From Paragordius varius (taxonomy: Eukaryota; Animalia; Nematomorpha): DNA of 64,000 nucleotides. The stretch lies in contig OZ176051.1 in the NCBI GenBank assembly GCA_964247055.1, positions 8,742,001 to 8,806,000 on the forward strand, given 5' to 3'. Position numbers and translations under genes: made by a program. Shown here piece by piece: positions 39,482 to 51,015 of this stretch. Positions within the stretch are counted from its first letter, which is position 1; each line of letters opens with the position of its first letter. The notes below the pieces were generated by a model. The model saw nothing but the letters and a program-made list of their open reading frames with translations, was not told where the DNA came from and did not search any database.

Positions 39482-40907
39482 CAGGGCTTCTTAAACTTTT
39501 TTAGTTCCCGACCCCATTTATGATTGCGAGTTTCTTAACCACCCCAAAAAATATAAAAGAAAAAAATAGTCTCCGAAATAACACTTAGAAATTTCGTTGA
39601 TAATTTTTATAGGGATTATTTCGGTTTTGAGGATTGACAAAAATAAATCTACATTTTTTATAAATTTCTAAAACACTTTAGTAAATTTATACTAAATATT
39701 AGCTGGCCCTGTCACGCTTCGGTGTGGCGTAGTCTTACCGAAATTCTTAATAATTTGCGATAAATAGAGTTAATGGAGATATAAAAAATTATAATAAACA
39801 TATTTAATAAAAAGAATCTCTTTAATTATTCTTTTACGGGTTTTTGCATAGGCTAAAATACTTTTTGCTCGATATTTAATCTGTCCCTTATTAAAGATTT
39901 CAACCATCACTGGATTTATTTTAAGATTTTCGTTTTACAAAATCATGGGTAAAAATTCTAATTTGAAATTATGTTCATACAGCTGGGATCAAGGGATATA
40001 AAAAGTAAATTATTTGTGGTCTCTTTTTAAAGGAAAAAATGTTTTTATATAAATTCACAAGAAATGTGTTTAATTGAACTCGTATAGCTTCCTAAGTTTT
40101 TTGCAAATTTCCAAAACTACACCTATTTTTTGCGGCGTCTCAGTTTTTAAGCCTTTGATGAGCTTGGCTTCATAAATTTTCTGTAAATTAGCTCCAAAAC
40201 GACCCAATTTTTATATAGTGGCGCAGTTTTAGCGGCCAGCTGTTTACCCAGCAGCCAATAAAAACGCAAGACTAAAATATTGCCTTTTGACAGAGAACAA
40301 CTTGAATCCTCAGTGAATTTTAACGGTCTCATACCCTGGTCAAAAAATTATTTAGTTTTTTTGAAAAAAATAGCATTTTAAGGGGGGAACGGGGAAAAGA
40401 GAGCCTAAATTAAAAAGGCAGCCAACTAGGTTCGGCGCTATCTAAAAAAAAGTAAAAATAATCATATTTGAAATCGAATGGTCCAACACGTTTTCCGGAA
40501 AATTAAAGGCACGATTTTTCTGGATTTTTTTTCAAAAAAACCCGTTTTACCTAGGGGTGGGCCCGAACTGGGAGCCTAATTCAAAAAAAGGGCCAAGCTA
40601 TTGTCGGAGCATTCATTAATGATTATATTTTTTCAACATTTGGATTTGAATGGGTCTACCGATTTTCCGGAAACAGATCACAAACCCAGCATTTTTCATT
40701 TTAATAAATATATAGAAAATGCTGGTATAAACAGTCTTTCCGAACCACATTTTAGATATATTTATCTACGATGATTGTTTTTTTTATAATACTAACTTTA
40801 CAAGTTAAAAAGCATTTTCTGTTAAATTGTATTTTTATCACTCGCGACCTCATAATTTTACTATGCGACCCCAAATGAGGTCGCGACCCATAGTTTAAGA
40901 AGCCCTC
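39482..40907. mobile_element. hAT MITE (deletion derivative related to 8711-10331) interrupted by a Helitron-like element
   Basis: CAGGGCTTCTTAAACT / AGTTTAAGAAGCCCTC TIRs; 40717-40907 matches the right end of the 8711-10331 element; no TSD match. Confidence 0.7.
39699..40716 (-). mobile_element. Complete non-autonomous Helitron-like element
   Basis: On the - strand it begins TCTATATATTTATTAAAATG and ends with an imperfect hairpin (CACACCGAAGCGTG) then GGGCCAGCTAA|T (CTRR). Its 5' half is homologous to the 2531-4988 units. Confidence 0.7.
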
Positions 40908-41825
40908 TAACATAATTGGTGAAGGAAACCCTAATTATAAAACGAGTCTACAACTCCAGATAATGGTTCACTATAATCAATATTTTTGTTTCGCATTTAA
41001 CTTAAGATGAAGCTTTATCCAATGACTAATTTAAACAGCTTTTAATCATATTTGTTACCAGCTAAAAAGAAGTATCAATAAATTCCTTTCGTGGCTTTAC
41101 ACAACAGGGTTTAAGATTATTTTGGGGGTTTTAGTATTTTTGGTAAAAAAGTAGGGTATGGCGGTTAAACACAAAATTAAATGTAGCTCGACTATATTTG
41201 GGTGATTCATAATGGAATTTTTTTAAATTTAAAATCTCCCTTCCAATTCTCTAATTATACATTTTTGGAAAAAAGAAGATTTTGAATAAGGTGCAAGAAA
41301 TTCCTAAAGGTAAACTGTTAAAAATCTGTAATTATTATTAGCTAAACATCTATAAATTACAAAACAGTTTTACTGATAGGCATTTCTAATGGATAATCAA
41401 TTGTAATTGCCGCTGAAGCTAAAATATTCTGAGGTACATTCACATAAATTGGGTTATAAAATTAAAATTGATAAAAATATCCAAATTATAAAAAGTTTTA
41501 TCGATAAACGACTGATTTTTACTGGTTTTACGAAAATTTAAACATACTATTTGGCAAAGTTTTACTTAATTTCCTAAAAATATTTAAGAGAAAATGTTTT
41601 TTTTGGTGTTTATAATGCGGTAAGGGGCTGTTTAAGTCTCACTTCAAAGTGAGATAAAATCAAAAAACTTATATTGATAATCGACTATTTTTTTAGAAAT
41701 TAAAATGCAAGCTAATTAAATAGAGGGCTCTAGGTACATTTTAGTCTAAAATGTTATTTGAAAAATCAAACGTAAATCACCAGATTCCTTTAAAGTTTCG
41801 CATTATATTTTTTTTTAATAATTAC

Positions 41826-42570
41826 CCATAGAATCTTCTTCATTAAAATTGAAATCTTTGTCGCTCAAAAAGTGATCGTTTCTATCCTGCGTATAATAGA
41901 TTTAAATTGGCTACACTTTATGTCAATTTCACTTATATATAAACTGAAAGTTATTACTTTATTTCCAACACAAAATAAAATAAAAAGACAAATACCCTTT
42001 TGAACAGCCACACTTTTAAACTTTAATTTTTTCTCTGATTTCGAATCCGAATATATATTTAAGAAATCTACATTTCTATTTTTCTTTTTCTCGACAAAAA
42101 AATATTTGTCTTTTAAATTTACGTTTTTATTTTATAATTTAATTTTTGGTATTTAAAAAATAGTTCTTGACTTTAATAGCTGCATGATCCGCCCTTCGGT
42201 TAAGCATACGCAACTTGTATTCTTCAAATATCAACTTTGACGTTTCAATGTATAAAGCGCAGAATTCTGATTTGACATACGAAGTCCAATCCTACAATAA
42301 TAATATAATTTTTATATAATTAAATGACATTATTTTATTTTAAAACCAAAAAAATAAAACCGAACAAAAATTTACCTCTGCAAGGTCACCATAGGCCGTA
42401 TATGTCAATTCGCAATACAAATCTTTTGAATTCACTTTTCCTAGCAACACTTTTACACCAACCCCGGGCTTCATGCTAATTGTTTGAACATCCCCAAATG
42501 CATTAACATTACACAATAAAAATTCGATAATGACGATAATAAATTGGGAGCGTAATAACGGATTATACAT
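41826..42570 (-). CDS. MYDGF: Myeloid-derived growth factor-like (UPF0556) protein; exons 42570-42376, 42291-42172, 41886-41826; final exon not located
   Basis: Signal peptide, then ISMKPG...YCELTYTAYGDLAE|DW...FCALY...LIFEEYKLRM|...DHFLSDKDFNF, which follows the recalled MYDGF pattern (FDVKPGG, CxFTYASQGGTNEQW, CTIW, LYFTQFKAEV, DVPLKTEEF). In-frame GT-AG junctions. Confidence 0.7.
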
Positions 42571-42823
42571 TTTTTAAAATATATTTTTATTAAAATTTAT
42601 TTAAAAGGTTAAGATTGATTTAGCACGAACTTTATAATAATAAAATTTATCTCTATAACCAAAAAACTCACGCAACCTATTTTGACAAGCTAAGCAAAAT
42701 ACATATTTTTAGCTTGTTATCATTAACCATGTTAGTTAAACACAAAACAAAATGTTATTAAAATCGAGGTAAGTACTAACCGTATATTTATATTTACATC
42801 ATTTACTTCATTTTATCTTAATA

Positions 42824-43996
42824 ATGGGGGAAATGGACTCTAAACCAGAATTGTATCGTAAATATAGTAATTATCAATCCCTTTGTGCAAAAACCGTTCT
42901 AAATGCCATGTGGAGTTTAGAAAATGACTTAAATTATTGGAATCCAGATAATAAGGATACAGAAAACAACTTTCATTTTGGGAAAAATATCCGTATATTA
43001 GATGTTGGATGTGGATACGGGTCCACAACTAAATTTATTTATGAAACAATGATGGGAAAAATCACACAATTAATCTCGGAGAGAAAATCCAAAATTGAAC
43101 TTAATGAAAATGACTTGGGTGACAAATGCCTGATTCAAATAATTGGAATGGATCTTAATTCTGATATGATAAAATATGCATCGAAGTTAAACACGATTAA
43201 CACTGAAGACGCATCTAAATCAATAGGTATTGATATACCCAATATAAATGGAAATGTTAAGAAGAAAATAAATTTTCAACTTTCTTACATTACCGGTAAT
43301 ATTGAACAATTCGAAACTATTACTTTTGAGGGTAATAAAACGGCTTTAATGGATATTATATTCAGTTTTAACTGCATACATTGGATACCTGATCTCACGT
43401 TAGCCTTTAAAAACATGAGGCGATTGTTAAAGACTAAAACAGGCATTTTAAGATGTGTTTTTCTTGGAGAGCCCATTCAGTCTTTAAGTTTTGCCACACA
43501 GAAAACCATAAATTATTTTTGTGAAACATCTAAAAGCATCAGTGCAAGTGCAATTAATGAGTGGTTGATAAATAGAGGAATTGTTTTTAATGAAAAAGAC
43601 ACTTCTATAAATCATAATAAAACAATAAATGATTTTTTTGAATTTTTATGTCAGTTAAAACGCATTTGGGATTCAGGAAATATTCCATGGTGCCGATCTT
43701 ATTCGAATGCTGATTGCCCGGTTAACACACTGAAAAATATATTATTAGAAGCAGAATTTACACAAGTAAATATAACACCATTACAAAATTTAAGGTGGTT
43801 TTGTTTACCATCAGAAACTTATTTACATGCTACTCATCAAGCAATTTTCCCAAATCTCACCAAAATCGGAAACATTAGTCTTCAAAATGAATTTTTATCT
43901 TTATTTAACACGTTTTGTCATCAATACAATGAAAGATTTCACGGGGATGTCTGTAATCAGCTTGCATGCGAGTATTATATCGAAGCATATGCATAA
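42824..43996 (+). CDS. Class I SAM-dependent methyltransferase, juvenile hormone acid O-methyltransferase (JHAMT)-like; intronless, 390 aa
   Basis: Motif I ILDVGCGYG; IIGMDLNSDMIKYA; DIIFSFNCIHWIPD; N-terminal ELYRKYSNYQ resembling JHAMT LYxxSNxLQ. Confidence 0.88.
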   Translation: MGEMDSKPELYRKYSNYQSLCAKTVLNAMWSLENDLNYWNPDNKDTENNFHFGKNIRILDVGCGYGSTTKFIYETMMGKITQLISERKSKIELNENDLGDKCLIQIIGMDLNSDMIKYASKLNTINTEDASKSIGIDIPNINGNVKKKINFQLSYITGNIEQFETITFEGNKTALMDIIFSFNCIHWIPDLTLAFKNMRRLLKTKTGILRCVFLGEPIQSLSFATQKTINYFCETSKSISASAINEWLINRGIVFNEKDTSINHNKTINDFFEFLCQLKRIWDSGNIPWCRSYSNADCPVNTLKNILLEAEFTQVNITPLQNLRWFCLPSETYLHATHQAIFPNLTKIGNISLQNEFLSLFNTFCHQYNERFHGDVCNQLACEYYIEAYA

Positions 43997-44679
43997 AATA
44001 GTTAAAAAAAAAATTAATATTTTATGTGATCAAATAAATTAATTTTTATATATCAGTTTAGCATTGCTATATACTTAAATTGTTCAAGGCCTTTGGACAA
44101 AAATTACAATCATAGCTCCCAAGTTAAAAAAATAATAACTTTAAGGTGTACCCCTAACAATTCCCTCATTTTATGGCTTCAATGTTTTGCCATTCATTTA
44201 GATTCAATTTTTATTTACTTTATCGAAAGTAAAATATTTTGCAATTGATTTTTTGGTGGTGTTGTAAACGGATGAAAATGACAAATCCAATATAATCTTA
44301 TCTATTAATTTTTAAATGAAGATGGTATGTTTTTTGGAATAAAAAAAAATCGACCGAATATATAATTAACTCTGCTAGTATTTGTTGCCAAAATGCTAAA
44401 ATGATGATTTTATCACTTATTTGATATCCACCATCTTGGTAAATAAATGGAGCCTCTTTTAATTGTTGTTCTTTTAAAAAAAATATTTGGGAAATTAAAT
44501 TACATTAAAATCAGCGTAATTAGTTAGATGATTTGATACCACATTCCGCCTGAGTCTCGAGAGATGGATTCATAAGGCTGTTAGTATAATGATAAACAGT
44601 GTCCAATAGTTCTACTACAAGCTTTTTTTTCGTTGTTTCCAATTTATATTTTATTTTTTTTTTAATTTAAACTACGGAG

Positions 44680-44864
44680 CAGAGGTATAGCCTAAATGAA
44701 AAGTCAAAATTAAACCGTACTCATAAATGGGTGATTGTTTTATGTATAATTTAAAATAATAACTTTTAAATACCTATATACATTTAAAATAAAATTAAAA
44801 AATTATAAAATCCGTCGCCCGGAGCATTAGCCCCCTTCCCCCTCCCCCCTTAGATACGCATCTG
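44680..44864. mobile_element. 185-bp hAT-like MITE
   Basis: Imperfect TIRs CAGAGGTATAGCCTAA / TTAGATACGCATCTG; 8-bp flanks CTACGGAG / CTATGAAG (6 of 8 match). Confidence 0.6.
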
Positions 44865-47782
44865 CTATGAAGTTGCCATGTTCAGGATTGCGGCTTATCT
44901 AATATACCGTTACAGCGTTTAGTATTAGTCCAGGTGAATCAATTAAACTGGAAAAATACTAGTAGAATTTAAAAAAGTAAATATCTATAACGATAAGATA
45001 TAATTTTGGAAATATTTAAAATAATCAAGTCAACCACAGGGAGTGTGTATATCAAAATATCATTTTTACTACCTTTTTGAAAGCATGGATGTTACATGTC
45101 TCTGGTTCAGTCCAAAAACTACAATAGAATATAACAACAATCCATCAAATGATTCATTTTTACTAAAATACACACATCAACCAGCAAGTGGGATTTAATT
45201 TAGTTATATTGTCAAACAATTATCAATATGGCATTTTTCTCAGGACATTTTAATAACCGCTCATAATCAGTTTTACCCAATAAAACGGTAAAAGAACCAA
45301 TCGCCGCTCCAAATCAAACTTCTAAAAGCCTTTTAAAGACAAAAGCGATAAAAAGTATAAGGTCTGAGTTAATACAAAAAGCTTTAAAAGTCACTGAAAA
45401 ACCCCCTATCTAGAGATATTGGAAAAGAGTTGAAAATTTTAAGATATATTTCACCTATGTTACTTTGTAAATCAAATCCGTTGACATCAGGGGTTTACTC
45501 CCAAATTTTCATTATGTATTTCAAATTACTGTGTTCTTTTATGGGCTGCATTTCTTATTATCTTTCACTCCTCCAAGTATAAATCATTTACTCTTTTATG
45601 GTACACTTTCCTTCTGCTTTCAAACCCATTTTATGTGGTCTCTAACAAAACCAAAGCATGTGTCTTTAATTACCATCTAATTAGTTATGCAACATTCAAA
45701 TCATCCGGAAGATTAGAAAGTCTAATTCATTCTGGCTATGCCGTCACGGTTATAGTAGGTTGTAAAAAATATAGCCTATAATATCTGAAAAATCAAGATT
45801 ATATATTTTATCAGTCCGGTTTAGGTTTAATGATCAAATTTTCCAACTTTAGGATTTGCACCTCATCAGCTTTCAGTGTCCTAAATTAGGGTTCATGTTA
45901 GATAAAAAGAACCGATAAATTGAGAGAATTCAGCTACAATATCGGTTATAAGGATTTGGTAAAACTTGGTAAATCGTAAGATACTTTACATTTAAGCATG
46001 TTTCACTGAGCCTCGACAAATAAGTAAATTGAATATGCACAATTCAAATTTTCGGTTTAAATATAATTATAACAATCTATATGAGGGTTTTAAAATGTTA
46101 GAATATTAAATAAATCTTTTTTTTCCGGAATCGCTTAACATTTTTAAAAAAACCGTGATTAAGCCATTAGCAATGATAAAGAAATAGAAAATATATTTTT
46201 TGGTGGAATTGACTCACAAATTTGGCATTTATATTTTATAAAGTAACATTACTTTTTAAATAAAAATATTTTGCTCTTATAAACACTTATATTATATCTT
46301 AGCGATAATTACATATTTTAAACATTAGTCGAGGCCAGTATACAGATAATCGTATTTATACAATATGGAAACTTAGTGATATCAGTTAAAACTCCTTAAA
46401 ATTCACATTTTTATAGAATTTAAAATTTAATAAAATTTTATTTTTGACACTTTCCTTTATAAATGATAAACCTTGCAAAACTCAAGCTTATATATATTTT
46501 GATTATTATATATTGATATAGCCATTTTCATAAAAATAAAATATGGACTGCTTATTGGTTAGTTTATTTTTTGTATTAACCGATCGTCAAAATAGATCGA
46601 AATAAGCCACGATAACTAAGCGCTCTAAAAATGATCAATCATAAACTGAGAATCTTTTTTAAAAGATTGTCTATAAAAAATCAAATCTGCACTATGGCAT
46701 TATAACCACTGCTTACAAATAGTTTACCTTATCCAATATGATTTATTAGTATAAATAATTTTAATATTCTATACCTTTCACCTCCGTGCATAGTATTACT
46801 AAAATGTCAAATATTTATTTCGCCTATATAAATAATAATTAAAATAATAATTCAAAAATAAGATAATAAAGAATAAAAGATAATATTTTTTAATTCACAA
46901 AACCGCATACCACTAAGAATTTATAAAAATAACGGTTTTAATTAAACTCAATTAACGTTACATATCATACATAGCTATAGAATAAATTTATAAAAATGAT
47001 AACACATTAATATACTAATCTATATTTTAATATTGGATTTGGAAATGAATTATTTCTTGATTGTATATAAAAATATCTCTATAGATAATCGTCATAAACT
47101 TTTTTGAAGTTACGTGATCTAATTCAGATCTAGGTATAAAAATGCGATTTCAAAAATTTGTCGATTGAAGTAATATTTTTTTCTTCGCTCATAAATAATT
47201 ATATTCTCCGCCTACCTGTACTTATTATTTAAAGAAAGTATAAATTACTAATAATTATTTGCAATTTGATCTTATCTTCTTAAAGAAAAGCAACTTCCAT
47301 CTTTTCCAAATTCATTAATTAATTATGAGGATTCATCAACAAGGTAATTTGCAATCGAAGGATAACATGGGCTCTTTCGCGCATCAAGATACTTTATTAA
47401 ATACTCATAAATTTTTATATATGTCTTAAGAACTACGTATTTACGTAATATTATATAAATGTTTATATTTAGTTTAGTAAAAGTTTAATGCAAATGAGTA
47501 AAATCATTAATGATAAATATTACCCAATTTGTTTTTATCAACTTCTTATTACTATGACAACATTTTGTAGATTACTATATACCTTTTCTTATTATTACTA
47601 CACAATTCTACGTAATGATTTCAATTGCATCTATATAAATTTTAGTTAAAAATAATTAACGCATAAAGTTCAAGATTTTTTGTATAAATAGACCTAATCA
47701 CATACAAAAAATATTTTTATATTTGGTGACGCTTTGATTCCGTTCGATTCGATATTGTCTCATCCGAAATATATTAACGGAT

Positions 47783-50600
47783 ATGTTTAGTTTCATAGAG
47801 GTAATTAATTATACAATTATTTTAACTGTTATTCTATTTATATAGCATGTATGTCATAATTTCCTAAAGACAAGGGGTTGTATTAACATTTTTATTTTTC
47901 GAGCGACGATGTGACCTAGGAAGGCGATGATTTTAAATTTTTTAAACAAATCACTTCAAACATATTAAATGGTAATATGTCAAAAATTTTGATTAATGAT
48001 AACGATCAAAACATAGCTAAGTGATGACAATAGATAAAAAAATTTTAATAACTGTTGTCATTCCTAAATATCCATGCCAGAATTTTTAGGTATTAAAGCA
48101 ACATTTTACTAATTTAAATAAGATATCAAATTTAGATCATACGGTTATTTATCATATCTTTTTATTAAAGTTTATAAGATAATAAGATATGTTTGGGTGT
48201 TTATAATTTAGGTCTAAATTTTATATGGTATAAGTTTGAAAGTTAAATAGTATTGAGAAGGAATAAAGAGTTTGATAAAAAGTTTATATGAAAATTCGCA
48301 TTAAAAATATAGGTTAATTTTAAATATGCTTATACGTTTCAAATATATTTATAGATTATTATTTATTATATATGTTTTCCTATAGAACGGATTTTTTTTC
48401 GTAATGCTGTTGATATTTCAAACACAAGGGCAGATACAGTCCATTTCCTCTCCTCGTGATAATCGCGATCTCAAATTTTATGACAACAGAAATGAAAATC
48501 TTGATTTAGCTAAAGAACAATTGCATGACATAGATGAAGAATTTGGGAATCCCAATATTGAAACATTAAATGATTTTTATCCCCATAAAGCGATGGACAG
48601 GTTTAGGGTTAGATTCTCAGGTTTACCCGCAAAACGAAAATTTCCAACAAACAAAAATCGCTTAAATAGTGCTTGGATTGTACAAGATAACTATTATAAC
48701 GGTATTTATTATACGATTTTTATCAAAGAAATTAATATAATAACAGTAGTTCTAGTATTAGCGGATCCTGCTCCAGAAATCTTGTTTTTAAATATCATGT
48801 ACACATATATAAAATTTTAAAAACAAATCAAGATCATCCGAGACAAGATCTTTTGTTTAAATAAATAATGAGGCCTGTTCAGTTTAGGGATGAATTGCAT
48901 TATAATTCAATGTTACATGTTCATATTATATTAACCAGGAAAATTAAAACAATCTTTTTATGTTTGAATATCTTGGTTTAATCTTTGTTTAAATATTGCA
49001 CATAAATAGGCGACAAAGAGATTCAAAATAAAAAACACTTGACTTAAAAAAATTTAGTAAGAGTTATGGCTTCAAAAAACTTCATTGGGACAAAAAAATC
49101 TCTAATTACACGCTTATTAAATATTGTTCTAAGGTCCAATGTTTCATACTAAAATATTTTGTGTATACAGGTTATAAATTTATCAAATAAATGAGGTGCT
49201 TTTTTAATATTTTATGCATGGACCCAAAATATTTTGACTTTGTGCTATTTTTTTAATTTAAACCCGAAAAGCTACATATATCAGCGGTAGCGAATTATAC
49301 AAAGTGAACATTCTTACATGTGTGATAAATATGATAGAAGCAATAGATTAAAATACCTTTTATAATATTTTTTAAATTTTGATCTATGCAACTAAGCGGT
49401 TTTTTAGCGATATTCATTGGTAAATTTTAGCATTAAATTTATTACGCAGTTTGGATTTTTTTATGTATCTAGACAGTTTTAAAAAAAATTAAGTGTACTC
49501 ATATTTCACGAAATTATATTGGCTATTGAGCATATTTTTATTATATAATTATTACATGCTTTAATTGGTCTAAAATTGTTTTTCATATTTGTGCTTCAGT
49601 GTAATTATGATGTTTTATTAAAAAGCAAAAAATGTGATTTTTTAAAACTCCACTTACCTCCTAATTCACGGCTCTCAACAATATATCGATAGACTCGTTT
49701 TTCCAATTTAGGAGTTTATTAGGTAAAATTACCGTATATTTCCTTTGCTAAACTGTTATATTATAATATCCTATTTATCAAAACTGAAATACAGATGGCC
49801 ATGTTATTTTTATAATATAAACTTTTAAATACCATCTTCACAAATATGCCATTAACTGCCGAAATCTTATATTTTTATGATCCACCAATTTTATGTTAAT
49901 TTCTCTCTACAGCAAATATAATATTATTGATAAAGAAGAAGTTATAAATATTTTTTTAAACTGTGGTCGTCACGATTTTGAGCATCCATAACCGATCAGA
50001 AATCTTTCCTATTCCAATTAATTATTTATATATACAAACTTTATGTTTAGATGAACACCCAAGTCTCAGTTCCAAAACAAACATTATTTGGTTAAAGTCA
50101 AAAAAAGGGCCCTCTTTCTCAATGTCTCGGTTATTCCCATATTATGAACGGAAGCGACCTCTAAATTATGGCAAATCATACTATAATTCAAATCTCTTGT
50201 TTAGACAAGTATATATAAATACTTAATGTGACTATTGTTAATGGGTTTACTCCAATAAAATAAAATCCATTTTTTCCGGAAAGGTTTTGAAACCAAAAAA
50301 AAATCCAAAAAATGTTTAGTTTTCACTTTTTGCTGCTATTAACAAAAATAACGCTTTGCTCAAAAATCTATCTGGCAATATTTACTGAAAAATAGGAATG
50401 TGTATTTACTCATACTGTATCATTAGGGCATACATAAAAGAAATGGGCAACTAGATGGCAATGTAAAGCCAATTACGAATCCCCATTTTTTGGTTCGACC
50501 AGCTGGAGGTGGTAAGCGCGACGCATATGAATTAATTAAGAGTGTATTGCTCCCGAAATCTGTGTTGGATAGCATCGTGGATGAAATTTTATCGGAATAA
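47783..50600 (+). CDS. Neuropeptide / peptide-hormone precursor-like protein, 221 aa (exons 47783-47800, 48386-48701, 50051-50208, 50427-50600)
   Basis: All junctions GT-AG and in frame (phases 0, 1, 0; 666 nt including stop). Signal peptide MFSFIENGFFFVMLLIFQTQG, acidic pro-region, KR / RKR / KR sites and an amidation-type GKR. Confidence 0.75.
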
Positions 50601-51015
50601 GATCTCAAACATTTATTCGTTATAAATTTGTTTATCGTTTGCACTGATTTTTAAAACACTTTAAATAAAATACCATAGATATCACTAATTATTTCTATCG
50701 TACATTCATTATATATTTGTAGATAATTGTGTTGCACCACACACACACACATTACATTTATATCCGTAAATGAATAAATTTTTCAATTAATAATTAACGT
50801 TAAATTATATTTTCAGTTTGTTTGTTTGTTTAACACTTCATGACCTTTTAACTTTTTTATCCGCAATGACACATTGGGGTAGTTTTATAACCCAAAGCTT
50901 AATCTTGTAAATAAAGTACTGTTTTGAAAGTTATTTTAGTTAAAATAGTATCAAACATTGGCCTGTGTTAGAAAAATCTTATATTTTTTACAGTTTTGTA
51001 ATCTAGAATCTAGAG

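Noticed and set aside
41300-41700. Candidate final exons for MYDGF (VDYQYKFFDFISL*, ASAAITIDYPLEMPISKTVL*)
   Set aside because: Several phase-1 acceptors are possible and none gives a convincing ER-retention-like end; left unresolved.
44870-45900. Coding-like composition between the methyltransferase and the peptide precursor
   Set aside because: All frames are interrupted and I recognise no motif; possibly an old TE, left unassigned.
48386-48680. NGFFF (echinoderm NG peptide), RVRFSG (RFamide-like) and LNSAW (MIP/allatostatin-B-like) motifs in the precursor
   Set aside because: NGFFF lies inside the signal peptide; the other two lack an immediately following Gly plus basic site, so none supports a family assignment.
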